From Candidatus Gottesmanbacteria bacterium (GTDB lineage: Bacteria > Patescibacteriota > Microgenomatia > UBA10105 > UBA927), in NCBI GenBank assembly GCA_963701185.1, contig OY969569.1, forward strand, positions 513,054-547,485: a stretch of DNA of 34,432 nucleotides. The letters are read 5' to 3'. The position numbers and the translations under genes are program-made. Shown piece after piece: positions 1-10,177 of the stretch (position 1 is the first letter of the stretch; each line of letters begins with the position of its first letter). A model generated the notes under the pieces. That model was given only the letters and a program-made list of their open reading frames with translations. It had not been told where the DNA came from and did not search any database.

Positions 1-1619
1 CCGGAAAAATCGGCAACGCCACGGTCGAAGGCCTGCCCAAAAGTACGCTGGCATTCGGACATACGCGGTGGGCCACACACGGCGGCGTCACGGACGCCAA
101 CGCCCACCCGCATCTGGACTGCACGGGAACGATTGCCCTCATCCACAACGGCATATTTGAAAATTATGAGGAGATCAAAAAGAAACTTGCCGCCCGCAGG
201 CACCACTTCCGCAGCGAAACGGATACCGAAGTGGCTGTCCATTTAATCGAAGAGTACGCTAAAACTATGGCGTTCACAAAAGCCGTGCAAAAAGCATTTA
301 ACGATATGGAGGGGTTAAATGCAATCATCGTGATGGACATCAAAGACCATACGCTCATTGCGGCACGCAACGGCTCTCCCTTGGTCGTCGGATTCGGTGA
401 CGGCGAAAACTTTTTGGCAAGCGATGCTGCGGCGCTTTTACCCCACACCAAACAGGTACATTTTTTGGAAGATGACCAAATGGCTATTATCGGCGCGCAG
501 GCCATTATGCTTTTTAACGCCAAAACCGGCGAGCACCTGCAGTCGAAAAAACAGTATCTCACATGGAACGTCCGTGATGCGGAAAAGGGTGATTATCCAT
601 TCTTTATGCTGAAGGAAATCTATGAACAGCCGGGGGTCGTTTCCGATATCGCGGCAAATGCTGCACATATTCAGACTCATGCCGATCACATAAAAAAATC
701 ACGGGGCGCGTATCTGGTGGGGTGCGGCACAGCCTCGTATGCCGCGATTGCCGGAGAATATTTATTTTCTAAAATCGCCAAACGGCACATCAACACCGCC
801 ATCGCAAGCGAATTCGGGTATCATCTGGATTTTTTGAATCGCGACAGTCTGGTTGTTGCCATATCGCAATCGGGAGAGACCATGGACATCCTCGAGTCGG
901 TGAAAAAGGCGAAACAAAAAGGGGCGAAAATACTCGCACTGGTCAATGTATTGGGAAGCACATTATATCGTGAGGCGGACTATACACTCATGATCGATGC
1001 CGGGCCGGAAAAAGGGGTCGCCTCTACCAAAGCATTTATCGGGATGCTTTCGCACCTCACACTGCTGGCGTATGCTGTCGCCGGTAAAACCAAGGAAGGG
1101 GTTGCTGTGCTTACCCGGGCTGTGGTATCCATGAAAAAAGTTTTATCCGGCCCTTCCGTCAAAAAGATTAAAGAGCTCGCAGTGAAACTGAAAAAAACAG
1201 AGCATATCTACGTCATCGGCCGCGGACTCTCCTACCCGACGGCACTGGAGTCGGCACTCAAAGTGAAAGAGATCAGCTACATCCACGCCGAAGGGTTGGC
1301 GGCGGGAGAGCTCAAACACGGGCCGTTGGCGCTCGTCACCCGCGGGACACCCTGCATTGCGTTTCTGCCCGATGATGAAACATACGGGGCAAATCTCGCC
1401 GGCGCCATGGAAATGAAAGCGCGCGGCGGGTACATTATCGGAATCTCGTACAAACCGCATGAAGTGTTTGACTATTACCTGCCTGTTTCCGACGCGGATG
1501 AGGCGACAATCATGCCCAACGTCGTGACGGCCCAGCTATTAGCCTATTACCTGACGATCGAACGCGGATATAACCCCGACATGCCGCGGAATCTCGCCAA
1601 AAGCGTGACGGTAAAATAA
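1..1619 (+). CDS. glmS: Glutamine-fructose-6-phosphate aminotransferase, 5'-truncated by the window edge
   Basis: The frame is open from base 3 and reads GHTRWATHG...NAHPH...IHNG (class II GATase). It continues into the 231..1619 ORF with SIS motifs SQSGET, GVASTKAF, LKHGPLAL and the C-terminal PRNLAKSVTVK. Confidence 0.98.
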   Translation, partial: GKIGNATVEGLPKSTLAFGHTRWATHGGVTDANAHPHLDCTGTIALIHNGIFENYEEIKKKLAARRHHFRSETDTEVAVHLIEEYAKTMAFTKAVQKAFNDMEGLNAIIVMDIKDHTLIAARNGSPLVVGFGDGENFLASDAAALLPHTKQVHFLEDDQMAIIGAQAIMLFNAKTGEHLQSKKQYLTWNVRDAEKGDYPFFMLKEIYEQPGVVSDIAANAAHIQTHADHIKKSRGAYLVGCGTASYAAIAGEYLFSKIAKRHINTAIASEFGYHLDFLNRDSLVVAISQSGETMDILESVKKAKQKGAKILALVNVLGSTLYREADYTLMIDAGPEKGVASTKAFIGMLSHLTLLAYAVAGKTKEGVAVLTRAVVSMKKVLSGPSVKKIKELAVKLKKTEHIYVIGRGLSYPTALESALKVKEISYIHAEGLAAGELKHGPLALVTRGTPCIAFLPDDETYGANLAGAMEMKARGGYIIGISYKPHEVFDYYLPVSDADEATIMPNVVTAQLLAYYLTIERGYNPDMPRNLAKSVTVK

Positions 1620-1622
1620 TAG

Positions 1623-2192
1623 TTATCGTTCCTGCGCAATTTTACTGGCTTCCGGAGAATTTTGCCCCGCGTATTTGGCGGATTTCTTTTCGTAATACGG
1701 GGTAGCGGCGGGGCTGCTGAGCTCTTCAAAGGATATGGAACAAATCCGCATACCGGGGTACAGCATAACCGGAATCCTGCCCATATTGGCCAGTTCCAAT
1801 GTAATGTTTCCGCGAAATCCCGCATCAATGGTCGCGGCGGTTGAATGGACAACCACTCCCAACCGGCCGATCGATGAACGGCCCTCGAGCCGCCCCGCTA
1901 AATCATCGGGCATACGGATATATTCTTCCGTCACCGCCAAAATAAATTCTCCCGGGTGCAGGGTAAATGCCTCTCCGTTTTTCACATGAATCTCCGTCGT
2001 AACGCCTGCAAGCGTTTTTGGGTTTTGCGGATCGATATACGGCGTACGGCTGTGATCAAATACGAGATATGTCTTCCCGAGGCGCAAATCGAGGGCACAG
2101 CTCCCCAGCTGAGTTTTCCAATCAGGCTTGGGGGTAATGCTCACGCGGCCGGACGTGACGGCTTTTCGTATATCGCGGTCAGAGAGAATCAT
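1623..2192 (-). CDS. dcd: dCTP deaminase
   Basis: N-terminus MILSDRDI, motifs GRSSIGRLG and IDAGFRGNITLEL, C-terminal KYAGQ. Start set to ATG 2192, which has TATACT 6 nt upstream. Confidence 0.95.
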   Translation of the reverse strand: MILSDRDIRKAVTSGRVSITPKPDWKTQLGSCALDLRLGKTYLVFDHSRTPYIDPQNPKTLAGVTTEIHVKNGEAFTLHPGEFILAVTEEYIRMPDDLAGRLEGRSSIGRLGVVVHSTAATIDAGFRGNITLELANMGRIPVMLYPGMRICSISFEELSSPAATPYYEKKSAKYAGQNSPEASKIAQER

Positions 2193-2232
2193 ATGAAGAG
2201 TATAGTGAAATTTTATGCTCAACACAAATACT

Positions 2233-2254
2233 ATCAATGAATCGATTCATTGAT
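2233..2254. promoter_or_regulatory. 22-bp perfect palindrome ATCAATGAATCGATTCATTGAT, putative operator upstream of dcd
   Basis: Read directly from the sequence. Shares the 16-bp core AATGAATCGATTCATT with 2722-2749. Confidence 0.75.
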
Positions 2255-2260
2255 GCTATA

Positions 2261-2713
2261 CTATCGGAGAGTGCGCCAGGAGGCCCGTTCCATTTTTCGT
2301 TTCCATTTCGCCTTCCCTGCCTCGGACCAATTCGTCCCATATGCAGGAGGGAGTTCATCTAATAAAGCCTCAACCCGATCCAACAACGCTTGCCAGTTTC
2401 CTTCTTTGATAATACGTTGCAGTGCATTTTTCGTTTGAGGTTTTGCGTTTTTCAACCAACTTCCGACGGACCCAATCGTTGAGTTCGTTACATGGAGTGT
2501 ATCTTTAATTTCTACCGCTCGTTTTCCGCGAAGAAGCAACACCGCGATGGTGAATCGTTTTGCCAGCATTATTTTTTCCGTATCCGTCAGAAGATCGGAA
2601 AAGAACGATGCTATGTGAACCGAATCCTGAAGAGCGGACAACGATTCCCAAAACTGACTAAACATTTCCGTTTCAATTGTTTTATCTAATTTTTTCCTTG
2701 ATATCTGCGGCAT
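2261..2713 (-). CDS. TrpR-like (YerC/YecD) helix-turn-helix regulator
   Basis: FFSDLLTDTEKIMLAKRFTIAVLL followed by the HTH-like IKDTLHVTNSTIGSV, matching the YerC/TrpR-like pattern. Confidence 0.85.
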   Translation of the reverse strand: MPQISRKKLDKTIETEMFSQFWESLSALQDSVHIASFFSDLLTDTEKIMLAKRFTIAVLLLRGKRAVEIKDTLHVTNSTIGSVGSWLKNAKPQTKNALQRIIKEGNWQALLDRVEALLDELPPAYGTNWSEAGKAKWKRKMERASWRTLR

Positions 2714-2721
2714 AACGATGT

Positions 2722-2749
2722 ACTACTAATGAATCGATTCATTAGTAGT
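2722..2749. promoter_or_regulatory. 28-bp perfect palindrome ACTACTAATGAATCGATTCATTAGTAGT, putative auto-operator of the TrpR-like gene
   Basis: Read directly from the sequence. Lies 8 nt upstream of the ATG at 2713. Confidence 0.8.
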
Positions 2750-2765
2750 TAATATTGCATCTATG

Positions 2766-5150
2766 TTAGGTATCCCCTGTTCTATAAAACCACTGCTTGA
2801 GGGCTTCGGCGAGCATCAGATACGCGGCAACGAGCCCCACGAGGATGACGAAAAACACCGGCGGCAGGCGGACAAACGAAAAGGCTCCCGCAAGAAGCGG
2901 GATAAACGGCAGAATGACGGCAACGGCGACAATGGAAAGAAGCGACAATGTAAACAGCAGACTGGTGCGGCTTTTATAGAACGGCACGACGGCAGTGCGG
3001 ATGCTAAAGACAATGATTGTCTGCGCCACGATATTTTCCACAAACCAGCCGGTCTGGAAAAGAGGCACCGACGCATGAAATAGCCAGAGTAAGATACCGA
3101 AGGTTGCAAGGTCAAACAATGAATTGGCCGGCCCGAAGATGAACATGAATTTCCGGATGGACGTCACGTTCCATTTGCGCGGGACGGCCAGCGACGCTTC
3201 ATCGACCCGGTCGCCGGCGAGCGCAAGCTGGGACACGTCATACAGAAGATCGTTTAATAATATCTGAACGGGCAACATCGGCAAAAACGGCAACAGGACC
3301 GATGCTACGGAGATACTTACCACCGTGCCAAAATCGGAACTCGTATTCATCCGCAGATATTTGATGACATTGGCAAACGTGACTCTCCCTTCCGCAATCC
3401 CATCCAACAGCACATGCAGGTCTTTATGAAGAAGAATAATATCGGCTGACAATTTCGCAACATCGGACGCATTATTGACCGATATCCCGATGTCTGCCGA
3501 CCGAAGACCCGGCGCGTCATTGATGCCGTCGCCCATATATCCCACAACATGGCCGTTTTGGCGGAGTGCCGAAATGACACGAACCTTGAGCACCGGATTC
3601 AACCGTGAAAATATGGTGTTTTTTTCTACTAACCGGCGAAGCTCACTATCAGATGCGCGTTCTATCTCTTCACTTTTGGCGATCCCCAACACCGGCAAGC
3701 CTATCTGCCTGCAGATGGTTGCCGTCACGACATCGCTGTCGCCGGTAAGAATTTTTATGGCGACATGATGATATGCCAACCGTTTCAGGGCATCGATGAC
3801 TGTTTTCTTCGGCGGATCCAAAAATACCATAAATCCCAAAAATGTGAGATCCGTTTCGTCGCGCGCGCTGTACGACCTTTTATCCGCCACTTTTTTATAC
3901 CCGACCCCGAGTACTCTGAACCCCTGGCGGCCATACCCGTCCAGACGTTGTAACGCTGATTTTCTTCCCGCCAGCGTCATTGACGATATCCCGATAATAT
4001 CCTCCGACGCGCCCTTGGTAATCAAAAGCCGCTCACGGCTTTTTGTCACGACCACGGACACGCGTTTCCGGAAAAAATCAAACGGGATGACATCAACACG
4101 GGTGTATCCGTGGCGTGCCGCCTCTTTGTGGGCAAGGATCGCCTCCTCCATGGGCCCCCGGAATCCCGACTGAAAAATGCTGCCGATGTATCCGTACTGC
4201 AACACTTTGTCGCTCGTATTGCCGGCCGCGTCTTCGTACCGTTCAAGAATGATTTTGTTTTCCGTCAGTGTCCCGGTTTTATCCGTACATAAAATATCCA
4301 TGCTGCCGAAATTTTCAATGGACGGCAGGCTTTTGACAATCACGCCGCGTCTGGACATCCGCAGTGCCCCGCGGGAGAGATTAATCGTGATAATCATCGG
4401 AAGCATTTCCGGCGCAAACCCGATAATAAGTGCCAGCACAAATAAAGCAGACGTGAACAGTTCATGTGCCAAAAAGAAATGCACGATAAAGACAAATATT
4501 CCGAAAACAACCGCCGTCTTCATAAGGAACACCCCGAATTCGGAAATACCTTTCTCAAATTCCGTTTTGGGACGCGGCGCGACCAAATGATCGGCAATAG
4601 TTCCCAACCGCGTCTGTTTTCCGGTCACAATGACGACGGCCTGCCCTTCACCGGTGACGACATTCGTTCCCATGAATGCCATGGCAGAGGCCGCTTTTTC
4701 CTTCGGATAGGATTCCCCTGTCAGCGTTGACTCGTCAATGAGAAGGTCTCTGGCAGTAACAAGCTTGGCGTCTGCCGGGACGATGTCCCCGACTGACAAA
4801 AAAATAACATCTCCGGGCACAATATGTTGCAGCGGCACTTCTTTTTTGACACCGTCGCGCAGCGCTGTCGCGGTCAGGGACACACGTTTTCGGAGTTTAT
4901 CCGCCGCACCCTCCGCAGACATTTCCTGATACATATCCATGAGGATACTCACAAACGTAATGATGCAGATAATAATGAAGTCCGGCGCCTGTTTGAACAC
5001 TGCCGAAAGCAAAGCCGCCGCCAGCAACAGAAGAATAAGCGGATTGCCGAGTTTCCGTACAAATCTTTCAAGGAGTGTTACATGCCGCTGTTGGGCCAGC
5101 GTATTGGGTCCGTACTGCAGAAGGCGCGCCTTCGCTTCATCTTCAGTCAT
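2766..5150 (-). CDS. mgtA: Magnesium-translocating P-type ATPase (MgtA/MgtB-like)
   Basis: TGES, PEMLP (MgtA-type), DKTGTLT, FLDPPK, GDGINDAP and FQTGWFVE. Start moved from GTG 5210 to ATG 5150 (MTEDEA), which has TG-N-TATACT upstream. Confidence 0.9.
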   Translation of the reverse strand: MTEDEAKARLLQYGPNTLAQQRHVTLLERFVRKLGNPLILLLLAAALLSAVFKQAPDFIIICIITFVSILMDMYQEMSAEGAADKLRKRVSLTATALRDGVKKEVPLQHIVPGDVIFLSVGDIVPADAKLVTARDLLIDESTLTGESYPKEKAASAMAFMGTNVVTGEGQAVVIVTGKQTRLGTIADHLVAPRPKTEFEKGISEFGVFLMKTAVVFGIFVFIVHFFLAHELFTSALFVLALIIGFAPEMLPMIITINLSRGALRMSRRGVIVKSLPSIENFGSMDILCTDKTGTLTENKIILERYEDAAGNTSDKVLQYGYIGSIFQSGFRGPMEEAILAHKEAARHGYTRVDVIPFDFFRKRVSVVVTKSRERLLITKGASEDIIGISSMTLAGRKSALQRLDGYGRQGFRVLGVGYKKVADKRSYSARDETDLTFLGFMVFLDPPKKTVIDALKRLAYHHVAIKILTGDSDVVTATICRQIGLPVLGIAKSEEIERASDSELRRLVEKNTIFSRLNPVLKVRVISALRQNGHVVGYMGDGINDAPGLRSADIGISVNNASDVAKLSADIILLHKDLHVLLDGIAEGRVTFANVIKYLRMNTSSDFGTVVSISVASVLLPFLPMLPVQILLNDLLYDVSQLALAGDRVDEASLAVPRKWNVTSIRKFMFIFGPANSLFDLATFGILLWLFHASVPLFQTGWFVENIVAQTIIVFSIRTAVVPFYKSRTSLLFTLSLLSIVAVAVILPFIPLLAGAFSFVRLPPVFFVILVGLVAAYLMLAEALKQWFYRTGDT

Positions 5151-5189
5151 GTGTTTCCAGTATAGCACCGAATCTGATACGCTAGGAAC

Positions 5190-6548
5190 ATGAAGCGACG
5201 AATCTCTCACTTGTGGAAACGCAGAAGAAACAAGGCAATCGCGGGTTTATTTTTTATAAATGTTCTTTTAGTATTTCTTCTTTACAGTAACATGTTCACC
5301 TACCCCAATACCTTTATCGGCACGACGAATGTATCCGGGAAAACCTCGGGGCAAATCAAACGCATTCTCACAGCGGAACAATCGGTCTTGCCGAAAATCC
5401 AGGTAAAAGACCGTACCTATCAATATACGTATACCCGGCTTGGCGTCGTGGTAGATACGGATCGGGCGTTAAGCGAAGTATTTAATCCGAACAGAAAAAT
5501 TTTCCCGATCAACATTCTCTATTTCATCCGATCGCTCTTTACAAAAAATACAATCCCCGCTCCCGTCATATTTACCCAGGCATTCGACCAGTTCATTACG
5601 GACATGACGTTTAATTTCGGTGACGCGACAGACAGCGTTTCCGTGGATCCGGAGACGAAATCAATCATGGTGACGGGTACAAGCGAGACGTACAGATTTG
5701 ATAAAACTAGTTTGCAGACGCTTATCAGTACGCGTTTTGGCAACTATGCATACCCTATATATCCGATGCTGGCAAAAGTCACCAATGAAACGATTAACCA
5801 GATAACCGATGTAAACCAAAAACTCGCGGATATATTTTCCCAACCCATCATGGTGTACCTGGATATGGGAGGCACCACGCGCGCCGTGGAGCTTAAAGAG
5901 GAAGATATCCGCAAAGCCACAACCATTACGATAACTCCCGGGACACTCCGTGTTTCCATTGCCGTAAACCTTACGGCACTCAATACGGTTCTCACGCAGC
6001 GGATCCGTCATACAGGTTTTCCGATACGCGAAAACGTCGTTACCCAAAACGTACAACAAGATTTTCTCAAAGCGATACAGCTTCGCTACGCCGGCATGGA
6101 TATTACTGCCGTATCTACCACGCTGGACGACGGTCCAAATACTGACGGTACCGTTGCCGAAAAATATATTGAGGTGGATATTTCGCAGCAGAAAATGTAT
6201 TTATTTAAGGATGGTGTCGTCTATAAAACATATAAAGTCTCAACAGGTCTTGACTACCCCACGCCGGTCGGCCAGTTTACCATCCTTAACAAAGTAGACC
6301 TGGGATTTTCCGATATCTATAAAGTGTGGCTTCCCTGGTGGCTGGGATTTAGCTATAGCGACACATTGAATGCATACTTCGGCATCCATGAACAACCATA
6401 CATCCTGACGGCAGACGGAAAGCCTGTGATCCGTGATAAACGATTGGGCACGCCCACCACCGGCGGATGTATCGCCCTGGCTCCGGGGGCAGCCAAGGAA
6501 GTTTACGAGTTTGCCTCAATCGGCACTCCTGTGTATATTTATAACTAA
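5190..6548 (+). CDS. Membrane-anchored L,D-transpeptidase (C-terminal YkuD domain)
   Basis: N-terminal TM helix. C-terminal YIEVDISQQKMY...VSTG...TPVGQF, then GIH...TTGGCI with the catalytic His and Cys; the usual SHGC is here TGGC. Confidence 0.88.
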   Translation: MKRRISHLWKRRRNKAIAGLFFINVLLVFLLYSNMFTYPNTFIGTTNVSGKTSGQIKRILTAEQSVLPKIQVKDRTYQYTYTRLGVVVDTDRALSEVFNPNRKIFPINILYFIRSLFTKNTIPAPVIFTQAFDQFITDMTFNFGDATDSVSVDPETKSIMVTGTSETYRFDKTSLQTLISTRFGNYAYPIYPMLAKVTNETINQITDVNQKLADIFSQPIMVYLDMGGTTRAVELKEEDIRKATTITITPGTLRVSIAVNLTALNTVLTQRIRHTGFPIRENVVTQNVQQDFLKAIQLRYAGMDITAVSTTLDDGPNTDGTVAEKYIEVDISQQKMYLFKDGVVYKTYKVSTGLDYPTPVGQFTILNKVDLGFSDIYKVWLPWWLGFSYSDTLNAYFGIHEQPYILTADGKPVIRDKRLGTPTTGGCIALAPGAAKEVYEFASIGTPVYIYN

Positions 6549-6549
6549 T

Positions 6550-9063
6550 ATGAACGGACTAACGGAAGCCCAAGCCGCATCGAAATTAAAAACTGACGGA
6601 TATAATGAGCTGCCTTCTCAAAAATCGCAAAGCAGTTTCAGTCTTCTTTTGCGGGTACTTTCCGAACCGATGCTGCTCCTCCTCTTGGCCGCCGGTACGA
6701 TTTATTTTTTTCTGGGTGAACCGCGTGATGCGTTCATGCTGTTGTCTTTTGTGATGGTAGTGATCGGTATTACGTTTTACCAGGAGAAAAAAACGGAACG
6801 GACGCTTGAGGCACTCAAAAATTTATCGAGCCCCCGGGCACTGGTCATTCGCGACGGAAAACAGCAACGTATTGCCGGCCGCGAGGTGGTAGGAGGCGAT
6901 ATCGTCATGATCCGTGAGGGAGATAGGATTCCGGCGGATGCGCGCGTCCTATCCTGCGAAAATCTTTCCATTGACGAATCGCTATTGACCGGTGAATCCG
7001 TTCCGGTGCGAAAAGCCCAGTGGGACGGGAGGACCAAAGAAGCACGGCCCGGGGGTGATGACCTTCCGTTTGTCTACTCGAGTTCATTGGTCGTCAGCGG
7101 CCGGGGCATGGCCGAAGTTCTTGCGACCGGTCCGGGTACGGAAATAGGGAAAATCGGCAAAAGTATCGGGTCCATCAAAGAAGAACCGACGCTGCTTCAA
7201 AAAGAAACAGGGGCGCTCGTTCGCTCCATGACTGTGATCGGCATTGTCCTTTGCAGTATTATCGTCCTTATATATGCATTGGTAAAAGGCAATTTCATCC
7301 AGGGGTTACTGGCCGGTCTGACGTTGAGCATGGCCATGCTTCCTGAGGAGTTTCCGGTCGTCCTCATCATATTTTTAACACTCGGGGCATGGCGGATTTC
7401 CAAAAGAAAAGTACTCACCCGGCGTCCCGCCGCGATTGAGACCCTCGGAGCCGCTACCGTACTTTGCACCGACAAAACCGGTACGCTGACGCTCAATAAA
7501 ATGAAATTAACCAGTCTTTTTACCGAAGGATCGTTTTATGAAGTCAGTGAATTTGCCTCAACCAGCCTCCCTGAAAAATTTCATCCGTTGTTGGAATACG
7601 GAATACTGGCGAGCGAAAAGGACCCGTTTGATCCGATTGAAACGGAACTCATTAAAATCGGAAAATTGTACCTCAACCATACCCGACATCTGCATGACAA
7701 TTGGAAGCTGATAAAAGAATATCCGTTGACAAAAGAGTTTTTGGCATTTTCCCATGTGTGGCAGATGTCGGACAAAAAAGAATATGTCATCGCCTCCAAA
7801 GGTGCTCCCGAAGCGATACTTGAACTCTGCCATGTCCCCGCCGCAAAACACAAGGAGACCCTCAAACGCGTGACGGAAATGTCGGCGAGAGGATTACGGG
7901 TATTGGGTGTGGCAAAAGCCGTCTACACCAAAACTACCCTGCCAAAAAATCAGCATGACTATGTGTTTGAATTTGTGGGTTTGTTGGGTTTTATCGATCC
8001 GCCCCGGTCCACAGCCCCCGATGCCGTACGGGAGGCATACGAAGCGGGGATGCGTGTCATTGTGATCACCGGAGATTATTCGGGTACCGCGCAATTCGTT
8101 GCACGAAAAATCGGCATTCTCAACCCGGATGTGGTAATCACAGGCACCGAGCTTAGTAAAATGGATCATCTGCAGTTACGGGAACGCATCAAAACCACAA
8201 ACGTATTTGCCCGGGTCATGCCGGAGCAAAAACTGGCAATCGTCAATGCACTGAAAGCCAACGGGGAAATCGTCGCCATGACCGGGGACGGCGTCAACGA
8301 CGCACCTGCATTAAAAGCCGCTCATATCGGGATTGCTATGGGAGAACGCGGAACTGATGTTGCCCGCGAAGCGGCATCATTAGTGCTGTTAAACGACGAT
8401 TTTTCTTCGATCGTGGCGTCCGTGCGCCTGGGGCGAAGAATTTTTGACAATCTGACCAGCGCCATGGGATATATTCTTGCGGTTCATATTCCGATTGCGG
8501 GCATGTCGCTGTTGCCGCTCCTTTTCAATTTACCCGTCGTGCTGCTGCCGGCCCACATCGCATTTTTGGAACTTATCATCGATCCGTCCTGTTCCGTCGT
8601 CTTTGAGGGGGAAGTGGAAGATGACCATATCATGAAGCGTCCGCCGAGGGATCTTCATCAGACGATGTTCAACCCGAAAAAGGTTCTCATTATCGCGTTG
8701 CAGGGGTTGGGTATACTCATGGCAACATTTACCTTACTCGTCATTGCTACGAAATCCGGCAGAAGTGAAGCTGAAATCCGTTCGATCGCGTTCACATCGC
8801 TGGTATTGGCAAATTTACTTCTTATTGTTGTGAACCTGTCCTGGAGGAAAAACATGCTCCGGATACTTTTATCTGCAAACCATGCACTTGGCATGGTTAT
8901 TGTTGCAGCAATTGCGTGCCTTGCCGTCATCCTCTATATCCCGTTTTTTGCGGAGTTATTCCACCTTGCTCCGCTTCAGATCAAAGATTATTTTCTCATT
9001 ATGCCCATCATGCTTGCCAGCATCCTATGGTTTGAGGGATTTAAACTGCTGAGGAACCGGTAA
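6550..9063 (+). CDS. Cation-translocating P-type ATPase (P2, Ca2+/Na+-like)
   Basis: TGES, PEEFP, DKTGTLT, KGAPE and TGDGVNDAPALK. Start at ATG 6550 (MNGLTEAQA), 1 nt after the L,D-transpeptidase stop. Confidence 0.92.
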   Translation: MNGLTEAQAASKLKTDGYNELPSQKSQSSFSLLLRVLSEPMLLLLLAAGTIYFFLGEPRDAFMLLSFVMVVIGITFYQEKKTERTLEALKNLSSPRALVIRDGKQQRIAGREVVGGDIVMIREGDRIPADARVLSCENLSIDESLLTGESVPVRKAQWDGRTKEARPGGDDLPFVYSSSLVVSGRGMAEVLATGPGTEIGKIGKSIGSIKEEPTLLQKETGALVRSMTVIGIVLCSIIVLIYALVKGNFIQGLLAGLTLSMAMLPEEFPVVLIIFLTLGAWRISKRKVLTRRPAAIETLGAATVLCTDKTGTLTLNKMKLTSLFTEGSFYEVSEFASTSLPEKFHPLLEYGILASEKDPFDPIETELIKIGKLYLNHTRHLHDNWKLIKEYPLTKEFLAFSHVWQMSDKKEYVIASKGAPEAILELCHVPAAKHKETLKRVTEMSARGLRVLGVAKAVYTKTTLPKNQHDYVFEFVGLLGFIDPPRSTAPDAVREAYEAGMRVIVITGDYSGTAQFVARKIGILNPDVVITGTELSKMDHLQLRERIKTTNVFARVMPEQKLAIVNALKANGEIVAMTGDGVNDAPALKAAHIGIAMGERGTDVAREAASLVLLNDDFSSIVASVRLGRRIFDNLTSAMGYILAVHIPIAGMSLLPLLFNLPVVLLPAHIAFLELIIDPSCSVVFEGEVEDDHIMKRPPRDLHQTMFNPKKVLIIALQGLGILMATFTLLVIATKSGRSEAEIRSIAFTSLVLANLLLIVVNLSWRKNMLRILLSANHALGMVIVAAIACLAVILYIPFFAELFHLAPLQIKDYFLIMPIMLASILWFEGFKLLRNR

Positions 9064-9064
9064 T

Positions 9065-9499
9065 TTATCTCCATCCGAATTCGGAGTAAAAAATTTTCTT
9101 CCGGTAATTTTCTATCGCGGCGCGGATATACGGAATTGTATTTGTCGGCAATTTTGTAAGCGGGAACCATGAGACATCATCGGATTTGTGCGGCTCAGTA
9201 TTTTTCGGCTTCATATTCTTTTTATCCGTCGTAAAGAAAAAATCCATGCGGATATCGAAATGCCTGCGGTGCATGACATGAACGAGTTTTAGATCGGAAG
9301 GCAAAGGTGTAATCCCTATTTCCTCGCGGATTTCGCGGCAGGTGCCGGCAGTTATCGTCTCTCCGTCTTCAATATGTCCGGCGGGAAGAGAATATTTTCC
9401 ATCCTCGTATCCGGTTTGATACCTGCGGGACAATAATATGTTTCCGTTCCGGATAAGCATCAGGTACCCCGACGCGATCATTTTAAATCGGCCGTTCAT
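9065..9499 (-). CDS. Nudix hydrolase
   Basis: Nudix box GHIEDGETITAGTCREIREEIG. Confidence 0.92.
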   Translation of the reverse strand: MNGRFKMIASGYLMLIRNGNILLSRRYQTGYEDGKYSLPAGHIEDGETITAGTCREIREEIGITPLPSDLKLVHVMHRRHFDIRMDFFFTTDKKNMKPKNTEPHKSDDVSWFPLTKLPTNTIPYIRAAIENYRKKIFYSEFGWR

Positions 9500-10173
9500 A
9501 TCGTTCCTTTTAAATATTTCCGCCGTCTTATTTTATCAAATTTTTCAATCGCATACCGCAGCATGGTGCGCGGCATGGTTTTGTACCGTGTGGATAAGTA
9601 ATCCACCAAAGCCTTCCCATCCTGTTTCCCCACCTCCCGCAATACCCACCCTACAGCCTTATGCATGAGATCATGTGGATCGTTTATAAGCATTCCTGCT
9701 AACTTCAGCGAATCTGCAATATCTCCGTTGCGCAAAAATGCGAACGTTGAGATGACAGCAATTCTTCGTTCCCAAATATTTTTTGATTTTGCAAGTGTAT
9801 ATAAAATTTTCCGTGGTTTGCCTAAAAGATACGTCCCTAAAATTGCATGCGACGAAAGATCCACAAGATCCCAGTTGTTTATGTGAGTTGTATTCCGGAG
9901 ATAGAGATCGACAATTTCTTTTGTTAACTTTTTATATGTCAGGATGATGAGTGCCGTCAGCCGGTATTCATGAATTTTGTTATGAAGTAATTCTTCAACA
10001 TCCGCAAGCGGCAGCTCTTTATATTTTTTGGCAATTACCCGCACCTGCGGCACCGTCAACCCAATAAACATATCCCCCTCCCCGTACTCCCCTTTGCCGG
10101 TTTTAAAATATCCCTGCAGAAGTTTCGCCCTCTTTTTATCCGCTAATTTCCGTAAATCCGTTTGTACGCTCAT
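9496..10173 (-). CDS. AlkD-like DNA alkylation repair protein (HEAT-repeat glycosylase)
   Basis: YFKTGKGEYGEGD, NNWDLVD, WERR and HKAVGWVLREVGK motifs. Confidence 0.9.
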   Translation of the reverse strand: MSVQTDLRKLADKKRAKLLQGYFKTGKGEYGEGDMFIGLTVPQVRVIAKKYKELPLADVEELLHNKIHEYRLTALIILTYKKLTKEIVDLYLRNTTHINNWDLVDLSSHAILGTYLLGKPRKILYTLAKSKNIWERRIAVISTFAFLRNGDIADSLKLAGMLINDPHDLMHKAVGWVLREVGKQDGKALVDYLSTRYKTMPRTMLRYAIEKFDKIRRRKYLKGTI

Positions 10174-10177
10174 ATAT

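Noticed and set aside
2233-2749. Palindromes as IS terminal inverted repeats or intrinsic terminators
   Set aside because: No transposase or target duplication is visible, and the palindromes are loopless, AT-rich and lack a U-tail. An operator fits better.
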